From assembly GCA_022825665.1 (NCBI GenBank), contig JAJDWI010000086.1:838-64837 (forward strand): a stretch of 64,000 bases of DNA. Reading direction: 5' to 3'. The notes under the pieces are model-generated. The model was not told where the DNA came from. It worked only from the letters and a program-made list of their open reading frames with translations, and did not search any database. The stretch's first letter is position 1; the number at the start of each line of letters is the position of its first letter. Below are positions 8,939 to 19,640 of this stretch, one piece after another. The translations under genes were made by a program, and so were the position numbers. The stretch is from Candidatus Poribacteria bacterium. GTDB lineage: Bacteria; Poribacteria; WGA-4E; WGA-3G.

Positions 8939-11179
8939 TTATTGGTTGGGATAGTCTTTTTCTAAATGATTAGGCATTGTATAGAATAATCCCTTTGTTT
9001 CATTTGCAAGTTTTGTTTGTAAATCATCAGGATTTGGGTGCCCTATTACATAAGCCTTTATTCCGTAGGATCGGCATAGATTTAGTGCTTGTTCAGCGGT
9101 GTATTTTCCTTTTGTGGGTTCATCGGTCAGAATGAGTAGGAATCGCTTAGCGTAAGGACTAAATCTTATTTTTGGTAACCCATCTACGATTGCGTTTGTC
9201 AGATGTTCATCTCCACCAAATGGATCAGCCAATAGTTGTTCGATAACAACCTCGTTGAGTGGCATTTGGCTGACAATTTCACCATCAACTGCTTTAATAG
9301 CATCTTTTGCTTCTGCGAAACGGATTAATCCTACGCGGTATTTTAGGGGAAAAATAGAAAGTCTACCGATGAGTGTGCTTAATCCGAGCATAATTGCCTG
9401 CGATTTCCCACCCATGCTCCGACTATAGTCTAACATTACAACAATGTCGACGACGGGTTCTGATGAAGCGTTGGAAGCGGTTCCAGGCTGTCCTCCTATG
9501 TGGACAGCGAGAAGATCTTTGTCTTTGATGAAGGTATAATTTTGTCGATTGGGTTGGTCATAGAGTACCCACCTTGTGCCACTTTGTTGCTTTCGAGCGA
9601 TAAGATCCTCTCCAATATTCCAATGTTCAGGATAATTGGCTTCATAAACTGTAATTTTATTCTTTTCACGGCGTATCGCATAGAGTAGTCCGTTTGCATG
9701 GTCAATTATAATCCATAGATCACTATCAACATTTTGCAGTATTTCGGCATTTTCAGATTGTATGATATGATCTTTCAATACAATCCCATTGTTAAATAAT
9801 TCCTGTTTTAATTTTTCAATATTAAACATTCCATCTAAAAAGATCGTAGTGAACTTTGTATGAAGACTGAACAGTGATTTTCCACCACTTTTGCGTATAT
9901 CTACAGCAATTTCTCTGAAAACTTTTAGGAACTTTTGGTTTCCAACGCGATTACTCGGTAGTGCAGTAGCACTTCGGACACTGCCGGGTATTTCCTGCCA
10001 AGTTCCTCCAGTCGTTTCCGCTAAGGTTTGTTGAAAGGGTTCGTAATGTCCGAGGACGTTAACTCTTACTTCCTCAAATTGTGCCCGATCAATTACCTTC
10101 GTTTGCATCATCTTTTTTGGATTTTCTTGTCTCATGTTTGTTGTTGCTTGTTCATTTGGATTTTCTTGTCTCATGCTCGTTGTTGCTTGTTCATCAGTAA
10201 CGAGAATTAAATGTCTATCCGCGTCCGCGTGAAATTCAATTAAGTCAAACGTCTGTAAAAGTGCATCAAGTGCGTTCTCATCTCCACTCAATTTGACATT
10301 TTTCATTCGTCTACGTAGTGTGCTAACATCTGGCAAAAGAGCCCGTGTTTTTATTTCTTGTCCGTCGCGCCGAACACTAAATTCAGTCATCCCTAAGTGG
10401 TATTCCAGATTGACAAGATCGAATGCATCAGTCATTGTAAACAGGTTATCTGCGACCTGTTGTATGTTATCCTGCATACTTTGACTCGTATCAAGTACAA
10501 AAACCACGTTGACTTTATCAAGTTCGCGTGTGCTAATAATATGGTCTGCAATCTGTTTTAGTGCTTCACCAAAGGGATTAGTACCACCGTTTCCGTTTCC
10601 ATCACCATCACCATTTCCATCTCCCAACCCTTCACCGATGGAACCGATATCTGCTGTTCCCTTAGATTCAAGTCTGTGAAATCCACCATCACCGTTACCT
10701 TTTACCCGTTGCCGAAGACTTTCCACACCTTTTCCAGAAGTTATTTCAAATGGACTTTGCACTGATTTAGCGATTGATGTAGCATTACTATTTAGGAGTC
10801 TTGCTTGTGTTGTAACATCAGGGAGTTCGGTTGCAGTTGGAGAAACCGTTTCTGTTGCATTATGCATGAGTATTTCGTCAGATGGTTTAACGGTTTCATC
10901 AATCGGATTTGATGATGCAGATAGGTCAGCAAATTTTGGACGGAATTCAGAAAACTCTTTGGTCTGTTTTTGTGTTAGGGGCTTTTTCGGAGGTCTTTTT
11001 AATATGCGTTGTTTTACATCTTTATCCATATCAATAAATTCCATGTCCACTACATCATGAATTTCGTAACTTAGATGTGTGTAGTAGAATAATGTCAATA
11101 GGATAGCGAAACAAACGTGTAATATTCCTGCAATCAGGCAGGCATTTAGGGATCGTTGTTTCTTCTCAAAACGATTCAT
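8939..11179 (-). CDS. Membrane-anchored protein with two vWA domains
   Basis: N-terminal TM helix, Gly-rich linker, MIDAS motifs DTSQS and DYSRS, and LVTDE/LTDE. Confidence 0.85.
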   Translation of the reverse strand: MNRFEKKQRSLNACLIAGILHVCFAILLTLFYYTHLSYEIHDVVDMEFIDMDKDVKQRILKRPPKKPLTQKQTKEFSEFRPKFADLSASSNPIDETVKPSDEILMHNATETVSPTATELPDVTTQARLLNSNATSIAKSVQSPFEITSGKGVESLRQRVKGNGDGGFHRLESKGTADIGSIGEGLGDGNGDGDGNGNGGTNPFGEALKQIADHIISTRELDKVNVVFVLDTSQSMQDNIQQVADNLFTMTDAFDLVNLEYHLGMTEFSVRRDGQEIKTRALLPDVSTLRRRMKNVKLSGDENALDALLQTFDLIEFHADADRHLILVTDEQATTSMRQENPNEQATTNMRQENPKKMMQTKVIDRAQFEEVRVNVLGHYEPFQQTLAETTGGTWQEIPGSVRSATALPSNRVGNQKFLKVFREIAVDIRKSGGKSLFSLHTKFTTIFLDGMFNIEKLKQELFNNGIVLKDHIIQSENAEILQNVDSDLWIIIDHANGLLYAIRREKNKITVYEANYPEHWNIGEDLIARKQQSGTRWVLYDQPNRQNYTFIKDKDLLAVHIGGQPGTASNASSEPVVDIVVMLDYSRSMGGKSQAIMLGLSTLIGRLSIFPLKYRVGLIRFAEAKDAIKAVDGEIVSQMPLNEVVIEQLLADPFGGDEHLTNAIVDGLPKIRFSPYAKRFLLILTDEPTKGKYTAEQALNLCRSYGIKAYVIGHPNPDDLQTKLANETKGLFYTMPNHLEKDYPNQ
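10117..10194. repeat. 39-bp tandem duplication inside the vWA gene
   Basis: 10117-10155 and 10156-10194 differ at 2 positions. Encodes EQATT(S/N)MRQENP twice. Confidence 0.9.
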
Positions 11180-11343
11180 GATTCACCTCCAATATGTTTA
11201 TTCTGTATGATTTTATATTTGCAGAATTGTTATACTCATTATATCATTTCTATTATGAAATTTCAATGATAGTATTTTTTAGTCAGTGATATTTAGTTTA
11301 AGATTTCTAAGTTGATGCGTGTTACTAAGCGTTTATATTAAAT

Positions 11344-11367
11344 GTCGCTACGCTCGCTCCGACCTAC
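11344..11367 (-). repeat. GTAG-type REP-like element (partial)
   Basis: Reverse complement GTAGGTCGGAGCGAGCGTAGCGAC matches 38846-38869 at 22/24 positions. Confidence 0.7.
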
Positions 11368-11417
11368 ATGTTCATGTTTTGCATTGGCTCCCGATGTCAT
11401 TTGCTTTCAAATTACCT

Positions 11418-12689
11418 TCAAATATTTCTCCTTAAAAGGTTGCCTTGATTTGAAGTTGTTCCGTTAATCATTCTCTGTCTATTTAGTTCGAATAATAATA
11501 TACCAGCTGCAACACCAACATTTAAGGACGATTGTCCAGCTGCCATTGGAATTCGGACTAATTCAGTGCATTGTTGTCGTGTTTCCTCAGACAATCCTGT
11601 ATTCTCATTACCAACAACTATTGCAGTAGGAGATGGAAATTGCATATCGTAGAGTTCAATTTCTGCACTTGCTGTTGCCCCTATAATATTCCACCCGGCT
11701 TGTTTTAGTTCGTCAATTGAACAGATGGTATCTGTAGCATAGAATGTGGGAATACGTCCAACTGCACCGCGGGATGCGCGTATGCAGTTTTTGTGAAGAG
11801 GACTTGCACCTTCACCACATATTAAGACAGCAGATACACCTGCAGCGTCTGCAGTGCGTAGTGTCATACCAAGATTATCAGGGTTACTTACATTTTCCGC
11901 AATTAGTAGGCTACAGTTTTTACTAAAATGTAGGTTTAGGTGTCCAGTATCAGTTAGCAAGGGAGGATAAGTGAGATGCACAGAAGCAAGGATTGAGGGT
12001 ACTGGTCGAGTTGATGTGATAGAACCCATCAATCCATCGTTCACCTGAAAGCAAGATAGATTTTCGTTAACTGCTTGATTTAGGAAGTTCTTTCTATCAA
12101 GTGTTGATATATAATTTGTTGTATACAGGATCGCTTCAATTGGTAATCCATCTGAAAATGCTCTCTCTACCAACATCTCACCTTCTAAAACATATTGTGC
12201 ATTGTCAATTTTACCTTTTAGCGAGGTTAATTTTCGAAATTGTGCTGCAATGTTATCCTTTCTTTTTGATATAATTCGATGCTCTGCTTTCGCTTTATTC
12301 CCACGTTTGATACCACGATAGTATTTTCCGTATTTTGTTAAAATAAATTCTCCTTCAAATATTGCTTGGACTCTTTCTTCTATTATATTACCCGTTGGAC
12401 TAAACAAGCCAACGGCTTTCCTTGGAAATGCAAGTAATAGTTCCGATAAACTCCGTTCATTTGTAGCGATTAGATAAACCTGATAGTCCGCGTCTTCTAT
12501 GTTATCTGGTGTCATTATCATTGCACCCTCAAGTTCTAACGTACCAGATGTTATAACCTTATATTCAGGTTGCCACTTCCCTGTTTTTATATAGTTTTCA
12601 TAAGCTTGCCGAAACTTATCTATTTCACCAGAATGTATATTCTGATTTTCAATAAATGCAATTAACTCATCGTAGTTTATCAAAGACAT
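11418..12689 (-). CDS. TrmH/SpoU-family RNA 2'-O-methyltransferase with N-terminal extension
   Basis: NPDNLGMTLRTADAAG, VGNENTG and SLNVGVAAG SPOUT motifs. ATG 12689 avoids overlap with the upstream gene. Confidence 0.88.
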   Translation of the reverse strand: MSLINYDELIAFIENQNIHSGEIDKFRQAYENYIKTGKWQPEYKVITSGTLELEGAMIMTPDNIEDADYQVYLIATNERSLSELLLAFPRKAVGLFSPTGNIIEERVQAIFEGEFILTKYGKYYRGIKRGNKAKAEHRIISKRKDNIAAQFRKLTSLKGKIDNAQYVLEGEMLVERAFSDGLPIEAILYTTNYISTLDRKNFLNQAVNENLSCFQVNDGLMGSITSTRPVPSILASVHLTYPPLLTDTGHLNLHFSKNCSLLIAENVSNPDNLGMTLRTADAAGVSAVLICGEGASPLHKNCIRASRGAVGRIPTFYATDTICSIDELKQAGWNIIGATASAEIELYDMQFPSPTAIVVGNENTGLSEETRQQCTELVRIPMAAGQSSLNVGVAAGILLFELNRQRMINGTTSNQGNLLRRNI

Positions 12690-12706
12690 TATTGTGGCGA
12701 GGTAAT

Positions 12707-13573
12707 TCACCATCCCCCATTTGCATTGAAAATTGTTCCTATGTATATTGCTACCAACCCGACAAATATATCCCATTTCATCCAACGTTGGACACATGTG
12801 CAGCTGTCTTTAGATGCGTCCTTCCATAGACGAATTCCTAAGACGATTAACACAATATCTACCCCTAATACGATGGCTACCAAATAGTGCCACGTATACC
12901 ATCCGATTATATACGGTAAAGGACTGAATATAATGACAGATCCCATGAACACCAACGTTACAACAACTGCAAGCTTTGGGCTGAGAATTGCCAGTGTGTT
13001 AAGATTATTCCTTTTATCACCTTCAGTATCCTCAATATCTTTTACAATTTCTCTTGCAGTTGTGAAGAGAAAGGCAAATATTGCGGGGATGATAGTTCCG
13101 TGTACGAGTCCGATTGCGACCCCTCCAGATATAAATGTTATACTTGTCAAACTACTAACTACTATATTTCCAAAAAATGGAGTGCGTTTTAACCAAACTG
13201 CATAACTTACAAGCAAACAGCATACGAGTATTGCAATTCCAACAGCGTAAATATTTATTAACACACCGAGTCCAATACCAGTTACCATTAGTATAATAGA
13301 GAATATTAGTGCGTGGAATTTCTTAATGCGTTTTGATGGGAGTGGTCGTTTAGGTTTATTGATCAGGTCAATGTTGAAATCGCAATAATCGTTGATGGCA
13401 TTTCCAGCAGAAAGTAGTAGCAAGGCAGCAATACTCACATAAAACAACTTTATGTTGGTTATGGTGTCTAATTTATGTCCACCAGCGAAAATTCCACCTA
13501 ACCATGCTGAGATGAAAGCAATTGTTCCATTTAGTGGACGTGCAAGTTCAACATACGCCAATAGCGTTTTCAT
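12707..13573 (-). CDS. UbiA-family prenyltransferase, DGGGP-synthase-like
   Basis: ELARP, AGNAINDYCDxxIDxxNKPxRPLPS, Y...LKRTPxxGN and AREIVKDIEDxEGD motifs. Confidence 0.85.
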   Translation of the reverse strand: MKTLLAYVELARPLNGTIAFISAWLGGIFAGGHKLDTITNIKLFYVSIAALLLLSAGNAINDYCDFNIDLINKPKRPLPSKRIKKFHALIFSIILMVTGIGLGVLINIYAVGIAILVCCLLVSYAVWLKRTPFFGNIVVSSLTSITFISGGVAIGLVHGTIIPAIFAFLFTTAREIVKDIEDTEGDKRNNLNTLAILSPKLAVVVTLVFMGSVIIFSPLPYIIGWYTWHYLVAIVLGVDIVLIVLGIRLWKDASKDSCTCVQRWMKWDIFVGLVAIYIGTIFNANGGW

Positions 13574-13666
13574 TGTGATTCCGATAATTCAATCAATAGA
13601 TATTCTTGTAGAAAAATGGTGTGGTTTAAGCTGGAGAGGATAGTATTTGGGTGATTTATTATGTAA

Positions 13667-14722
13667 TTATTGATTTTCAGAATTTTTGAGTTTTTCTTCC
13701 AATTCTTCAACACGTTTTTGAAGTTGGGAAAACTCTTGCATTAGATCGGGTACCTTTCGGGTTGCGGCTTGAGTACGTAACTCCTGTTTATGAGTTTGGG
13801 CAGGAATACCTGAGAGATGACTTCCGGAAGGCATATCCTTTGTAACAGCAGTTTTGGCGTAAATGACACTATTTTCCCCAAGTTTCAGATGTCCGACCAC
13901 ACCAGATTGTCCCGCAATGTTAACACGGTCACCTATAATGGTACTACCCGCTATGCCTGATTGTGCTGCAAGGCAGCAGTCCTGTCCGATAACTACATTG
14001 TGTGCAATCTGTACTAAGTTATCAAGTTTCGTTCCGCTCTTGATAATCGTTTCAGAAAGAGTCGCCCTATCTATAGTGGTATTTGCTCCGATTTCGACAT
14101 CGTCTTCAATTACGACTGATCCAATTTGAGGAATTTTATATGGTCTCTGGTTCTTAGGTTCAGGTGTGAAGCCGAAACCATCACTACCAATCACAGCCCC
14201 ACAGTGTATAATGACTCTATTTCCAATAGTAATGTTTTCACGTATGCTTACATTAGCATAGATTAAACCGTCACTTCCAATTTTGCTACCATCTCCCACA
14301 TAAACAAGTGGCATGATAACGGTATTATCACCAATCTCTACATTGTCACAAATAACACTGTTTGCTTGAACTGTTACACCTTCTCCAAGTGTAACATTTT
14401 CTCCGATAATTGCAGTTTTATGTATTCCAGATTCTGTTTGTTTGTTTGAATCCCAAGAGAATAATTCCAAAGTTTGTACGAATCCCCAATATGGGTCATC
14501 AACACATATTGTTGGTTTGCCGTTGCCTGAAACACCACGTCCAATAATGATTGCTGATGCTTGGGTTGTAGCAATTGCCCCAAGGTACTTAGCATTTGCA
14601 ACAAAGGTAATCTGGCTTGGTTCTGCCTCATTGATACCAGAAACACCGGTAATGTTAATTTCACCATCACCGGATAGGTCTCCACCTAAATGCTTACAAA
14701 TATCTTTGAGTTTGATACTCAT
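13667..14722 (-). CDS. lpxD: UDP-3-O-acylglucosamine N-acyltransferase
   Basis: Hexapeptide repeats, [29 protein letters not shown]. Confidence 0.95.
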   Translation of the reverse strand: MSIKLKDICKHLGGDLSGDGEINITGVSGINEAEPSQITFVANAKYLGAIATTQASAIIIGRGVSGNGKPTICVDDPYWGFVQTLELFSWDSNKQTESGIHKTAIIGENVTLGEGVTVQANSVICDNVEIGDNTVIMPLVYVGDGSKIGSDGLIYANVSIRENITIGNRVIIHCGAVIGSDGFGFTPEPKNQRPYKIPQIGSVVIEDDVEIGANTTIDRATLSETIIKSGTKLDNLVQIAHNVVIGQDCCLAAQSGIAGSTIIGDRVNIAGQSGVVGHLKLGENSVIYAKTAVTKDMPSGSHLSGIPAQTHKQELRTQAATRKVPDLMQEFSQLQKRVEELEEKLKNSENQ

Positions 14723-14811
14723 AGGTTACCTCGTTATATTGAGTTCCCTCGAAACTAATTATAGAAACTAATCGTCTGGTAATACTAAAATGTATAGGGA
14801 GAATGACAGAG

Positions 14812-15390
14812 TTAATTTCCATCACTATTCTGTTGCGTAGGGATCTCAGCATCTGTTTGGTCGGTATCCCCTTCTTTTTTAGCACCTTCATTAATTAATT
14901 TAATCAGATTTTCAGACATATCGTATTTCTCATTCAAATAAAATACAGCTTGCTTGTCGATAATAAGATCATAATTCTCTTCTTTTCCGACCTTGATTAT
15001 GAGATCCTGTAATTCTTTAAAGATAGGTGTCATCCATTCTTGGTTCTTTTCTAAGAGAGCATCTCTACCTTGATTGAATTCTTGCTGGTATTGCTGCTGT
15101 AGTTGTTGTATTTCGCTTTCTAACTTAGCAGTTTGCGCTTCTTCAACAAATAGTTCTGTCTTCTCTTTTTTCTCTTGCTTCGTGCTGATTTCTTCACGGA
15201 TGTCATTAAGTTTGTCTTTCCAACGTTTTTCTGCTGCTTTTAGTTGGTTATCTACCTCGATAGCCTTGCTATAATTTAATAACACACGTTGTGTATCTAC
15301 CACACCTATTTTTAATGCTTCTTGTCCGATACTGCCTGACAGGACACCGAACAGCATCAATGGTAATATAACAATCAGAAGTTTCTTCAT
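14812..15390 (-). CDS. skp: OmpH/Skp periplasmic chaperone
   Basis: Signal peptide, KIGVVD, coiled coil, YDLIID. Located between bamA and lpxD. Confidence 0.9.
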   Translation of the reverse strand: MKKLLIVILPLMLFGVLSGSIGQEALKIGVVDTQRVLLNYSKAIEVDNQLKAAEKRWKDKLNDIREEISTKQEKKEKTELFVEEAQTAKLESEIQQLQQQYQQEFNQGRDALLEKNQEWMTPIFKELQDLIIKVGKEENYDLIIDKQAVFYLNEKYDMSENLIKLINEGAKKEGDTDQTDAEIPTQQNSDGN

Positions 15391-15479
15391 AATTTATCCT
15401 TTTCGTGAATACAAAATAAAACTGATTAAGGTTGTATATCTAAAAATAGTGATATATAAAATATAATAATTGCAGTGAA

Positions 15480-17909
15480 TTAAAAACCTGGACCGATAGT
15501 AAAATAGAATCTTCCTTGTGGATCTCTATTTTGGCGATCAAATGCGTAACCCCATCCAAACCGTGCTAACATCCCTAACATCTGTAATCGTGCTTCTACA
15601 CCAGCACCCCGTTTTAGGTTGATTTGATTAAATGGGTTTTTGACTGTTTCATCCCAAACTTGTCCTATGTCAAAAAATACTGCAGTTGTGAGTTGCGGGG
15701 AGACAGGAATACGGTACTCAAAATTACTGAAAAACACTTTGTTGCCACCAAATGGATTTGGAATACCTGATTCGTCAGGATCGGGATATATTTCCCAGTC
15801 CTCATACCCCCTGACTGTGTCTACACCACCCAGATAAAATCTCTCATAGAATAGTTCTCTTCTATCAGTGATTTTACTTTGCATATATCCTGCGCGTGCA
15901 TGTACAGCGAAGACATGGTTCCACCAAGGATTGACAAACCAACTTGAATCTGCAGTATATTTCTGAAACTGATTGTCTGCCCCTAAGATTCCTCCAGAAT
16001 ATTCATAGGAAATACTATTTGAACTACCACCCATCGGGTCGTAGAGTGAGGTTCTATAATCTCGTGTATCACGTCCTACAGCGAAAAGAATACTGCGTGT
16101 AGATCGATTAAACAGGTTCTCTTCTTGTGTTCTCGCTTTAACGAGTTCATTACGAAATCGGACTGATAGGTCAATATCAAAAGCAATTGGTCGTCCGAGA
16201 GAAATCGATCCTCCTCGTGTATCCCACACATATCTGTCTCTGAGATAGTCTTGTTCCTGTAAAGCACCTATAGTGCCGTAGTATCGTCGAAAGCGTCTAT
16301 TGTTGTATAGACGGGCGTTCAACCGAGTGGGGGTTCCCATTATCCACGGTGTACCAAAACTTGCCTCAGCAGTATGATGGTCTCGTGTTCCCAGTTCACC
16401 TTTTAGGTGTACACGATAAGCGCGTCCAAAAAGGTTGTGTTGTCCAATTTCTGCTGACCCGAAAATACCACCTTCACTTCCGTATCCGCCACCTACACTT
16501 AGTGTGCCGGTAGTGGGAGATTCGGCTATATTGACAACAAGGTTTTTTCTGCTGTCGTTATTCGTATCGCTTGGAACGAAATCTACTGCGCGAATAAAAG
16601 GACCCATTTGAAAAAGACGTTGTCTTGCTTTGCGTAGCACTTTTACATCAAGGAGTTCGTCTGACTTGATGTTCAGATAATCAAGTTCACGTCTAATTAC
16701 TGGTTCCTTAGTCTTTGCTAAACCTCTGATAGGAACATTGTCAATAATTATAACGTCACCTTGGTTGATTTTCAAGGTTATGTTAACAGATGCAGTCTGT
16801 TCATCAAATAATGGGATCGGAATAACATCAGCGAGGAGATAGCCTTTATCAAGATATTTCTGGCGTAATTCGTTAATTGATTCTTCAAAGATGTCTCTGT
16901 TGAAGATTTCTCCTTCAGCGGGATCTATCATATTTAAGATTTTCTGTTGAGAAAAAACAACTTTCTCACCTGTCTCAAGTTCAACAGTATAATGTCCGAC
17001 TACAAACTTTTCCCCTTCGTCAACGGTAATATCAAGCATCAATCCGGTTTTATCTTCAGTGAAACGTTTTGTGTGTCCTACAATCTTTATTTGTGCGAAG
17101 CCTAAGTCCTCGTAGTAATTTCTTAGGTTTAGACTTAAATCTTCCTCTTTAAATAGAATTTCATCAAAATGTTTCCCGATCCTTGTTTTCATCTTTTTGT
17201 GTAATTTTTTTGCATCAACTTGATCGTTTCCTATGAAGTTGATTTCTGTGATTCTGATGCGTGGTCCTTCATTTATCTCAAATGTTACTTGGGTTGTGTT
17301 ATCTTCTTCATTTTTGTCAAGATGTACTTGTATACTTACGAGGTAATAGCCTTTTTCGTGGTATAATTTTTGTATAGCGCGCTCACTTTGCCAACGTAGA
17401 AAATCACTGAATGTTTCTGAACGTCTTAACATCATCTTGTCCATTAATTTTCCGGTGTCTAATTCATCATTTCCGATGATGGTAATTCCCTCAATTTTTG
17501 GACTTTCCTCAAGGAGATACGTAACCTGAAACCCTCCACCATCTACTCCAACAACATCTACGGCTATATCATAGAAAAATCCTGTATCTTTATAAAGGTT
17601 TTCAATGTCTTTTGAAATTAGTTCGTCAGATATTTCTTGACCAACCTGTGTTTGAATTAAGGTTTGCAGCATCTCCTCTTGGAGATTTTTGACACCTTTG
17701 AACTCTATTTTTTTTACGATAAATGTTTCGTCAATAGATGAATCTGTCTGACTTTCTTCAATATTTTCTATTTCTCCTGCAGGTTTTGGTCCAAATATAT
17801 TTTCGTCCGATTCATCTGAAAATACGTTCATATACGAAGTAAAAAGTAATAAATGAAAACAGATTATACTTATATATACTTTAAGTGCTGATTTATTGGG
17901 TAAATACAT
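15480..17909 (-). CDS. bamA: Outer membrane protein assembly factor BamA
   Basis: POTRA repeats, FYLGGxxTVRGY loop-6 motif, C-terminal FxIGxxF. Confidence 0.95.
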   Translation of the reverse strand: MYLPNKSALKVYISIICFHLLLFTSYMNVFSDESDENIFGPKPAGEIENIEESQTDSSIDETFIVKKIEFKGVKNLQEEMLQTLIQTQVGQEISDELISKDIENLYKDTGFFYDIAVDVVGVDGGGFQVTYLLEESPKIEGITIIGNDELDTGKLMDKMMLRRSETFSDFLRWQSERAIQKLYHEKGYYLVSIQVHLDKNEEDNTTQVTFEINEGPRIRITEINFIGNDQVDAKKLHKKMKTRIGKHFDEILFKEEDLSLNLRNYYEDLGFAQIKIVGHTKRFTEDKTGLMLDITVDEGEKFVVGHYTVELETGEKVVFSQQKILNMIDPAEGEIFNRDIFEESINELRQKYLDKGYLLADVIPIPLFDEQTASVNITLKINQGDVIIIDNVPIRGLAKTKEPVIRRELDYLNIKSDELLDVKVLRKARQRLFQMGPFIRAVDFVPSDTNNDSRKNLVVNIAESPTTGTLSVGGGYGSEGGIFGSAEIGQHNLFGRAYRVHLKGELGTRDHHTAEASFGTPWIMGTPTRLNARLYNNRRFRRYYGTIGALQEQDYLRDRYVWDTRGGSISLGRPIAFDIDLSVRFRNELVKARTQEENLFNRSTRSILFAVGRDTRDYRTSLYDPMGGSSNSISYEYSGGILGADNQFQKYTADSSWFVNPWWNHVFAVHARAGYMQSKITDRRELFYERFYLGGVDTVRGYEDWEIYPDPDESGIPNPFGGNKVFFSNFEYRIPVSPQLTTAVFFDIGQVWDETVKNPFNQINLKRGAGVEARLQMLGMLARFGWGYAFDRQNRDPQGRFYFTIGPGF

Positions 17910-17970
17910 GTCAGGTTTTCTCCTTACTCAATTATTTGTCGTGTTATTTATTACATCTGATTAATGTATG

Positions 17971-18852
17971 TCAAGTATTTTCAGGATAAATAGATGTACC
18001 AAAGTTGTTTGCGAGATGACGGAATGCTGCAATAAGTTTCTGTGTGACTTTACCGGGTTCCCCAGTTCCGATAACACGTTGGTCAAGTTTTACAACAGGT
18101 ATGACTTCCGCTGCAGTACCTGTAAGGAAACACTCATCAGCAATATATATATCATGTCGTGTAAACACCCGTTCATCGACTTGAAATCCAGCTTCTTGTG
18201 CAAGTGTAATGACGCTGTTTCGTGTGACACCCTCCAAAATACCGATGTGAGGTGGTGGAGTTATGATGACTTCATTCTTGACCAAAAATATATTATCTCC
18301 ACTACACTCCACAACATATCCGTCGTTATTTAGCATTAAAGCTTCAACTGCCCCCGATTGTTTTGCTTCAATTTTTGCCAAAATATTGTTGAGATAATTT
18401 AGTGATTTAATGCGTGGGTTTATTGCCTCAGGATAATTGCGTCGTACTGAGACGGTGACGATTTCTAAGCCGTTATCATAATAATGTTGTGGATATAGTG
18501 AGATTTTATCCGCAATAATGATGATTGATGGATGCGGACACTTTTCAGGATCAAGTCCTAAATCACCAATCCCACGAGTGACGATCAATCGTATATATCC
18601 TTCACGGAGTTGATTTTGACGTAGCGTTTCAAGTACATCTTGCTTCAGTGTTTCAATTGGGATTGGGATTTGCAGCATAAGTGATTTAGCTGAATCATAT
18701 AGTCTTTCTAAGTGTTCGTCAAGTTTGAAGACATACCCGTTATAGCAACGGATGCCTTCAAAAACACCATCCCCATATAGTAATCCGTGGTCAAACACAG
18801 AAATCTTTGCATCTGCGTAAGGTAGAAACTCTCCGTCAATATATATCAACAT
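17971..18852 (-). CDS. ilvE: Branched-chain amino acid aminotransferase
   Basis: DHGLLYGDGVFEGIR, KSLNYLNNI, ILEGVTR and GTAAEV. Confidence 0.95.
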   Translation of the reverse strand: MLIYIDGEFLPYADAKISVFDHGLLYGDGVFEGIRCYNGYVFKLDEHLERLYDSAKSLMLQIPIPIETLKQDVLETLRQNQLREGYIRLIVTRGIGDLGLDPEKCPHPSIIIIADKISLYPQHYYDNGLEIVTVSVRRNYPEAINPRIKSLNYLNNILAKIEAKQSGAVEALMLNNDGYVVECSGDNIFLVKNEVIITPPPHIGILEGVTRNSVITLAQEAGFQVDERVFTRHDIYIADECFLTGTAAEVIPVVKLDQRVIGTGEPGKVTQKLIAAFRHLANNFGTSIYPENT

Positions 18853-18883
18853 TATCTATCCCTTCCTGTCTACAAATAAGTTG

Positions 18884-19591
18884 TTATTCTGCTATTCTTC
18901 CATCTACAAGGTGAACTGTTCGTTTTGCCCGTTCTGATATGCGATAATCGTGTGTAACAATAATAAATGTTTGGTTCATCCGTTCATTTATATCTTGTAA
19001 GACATCAAGTACTAATTCGCTTGTTCTGTCGTCAATGTTTCCAGTCGGTTCATCAGCAAGTATGACTTTAGGTTGATTTACGAGTGCCCGAGCGATTGCG
19101 ACGCGTTGCCGTTCTCCGCCAGATAATTGGCTTGGGAAATGAGATAGGCGTTCAGATAAACCGACGCTATCCAGAAGATGTTCTGCTGTTTCGTATGTGT
19201 CCTTACGGTCAAAGATTGTATCGTTATCAGTTTTGTTTTTCTTTGATTGTCTGATTATTCGTGCCATTGCAACATTTTCTAATGCGGAAAACTCTGGTAA
19301 TAATTGGTGAAACTGAAATACAAAACCGATTGCATTGTTTCTGAATCTTGCGAGTTCTATTTCAGAGAAAGCCGTAATGTCTTGGTCTTCGTAAAAAATA
19401 TTCCCATCAGTTGGACGATCAAGTGTGCCGATGAGATGCAACAGAGTGCTTTTTCCAACACCTGATGCTCCCATTATCGTAAGTATCTCCGATTTGTGGA
19501 CATCAAGGTTAACACCTTTCAGCACTTTCAGTTCTGCGTCACCATCATAAAATGATTTATGTAAATTGTCAATTCTAATTAAATTTTCCAT
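18884..19591 (-). CDS. lolD: Lipoprotein-releasing ABC transporter ATPase
   Basis: GASGVGKST, GFVFQFHQLLPEF LolD motif, LSGGE, ADEPTGN. Confidence 0.9.
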   Translation of the reverse strand: MENLIRIDNLHKSFYDGDAELKVLKGVNLDVHKSEILTIMGASGVGKSTLLHLIGTLDRPTDGNIFYEDQDITAFSEIELARFRNNAIGFVFQFHQLLPEFSALENVAMARIIRQSKKNKTDNDTIFDRKDTYETAEHLLDSVGLSERLSHFPSQLSGGERQRVAIARALVNQPKVILADEPTGNIDDRTSELVLDVLQDINERMNQTFIIVTHDYRISERAKRTVHLVDGRIAE

Positions 19592-19640
19592 TGGTTTTTC
19601 ACATAAGATAACTTAACTACATAGGATTGCAATTCAGTAA

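Noticed and set aside
12690-12797. Extended N-termini in the ORF track (trmH; also 53840 sdhB, 3900, 1333, 62837)
   Set aside because: They overlap neighbouring genes or MITE sequence, or a downstream ATG has a better RBS or homology start.
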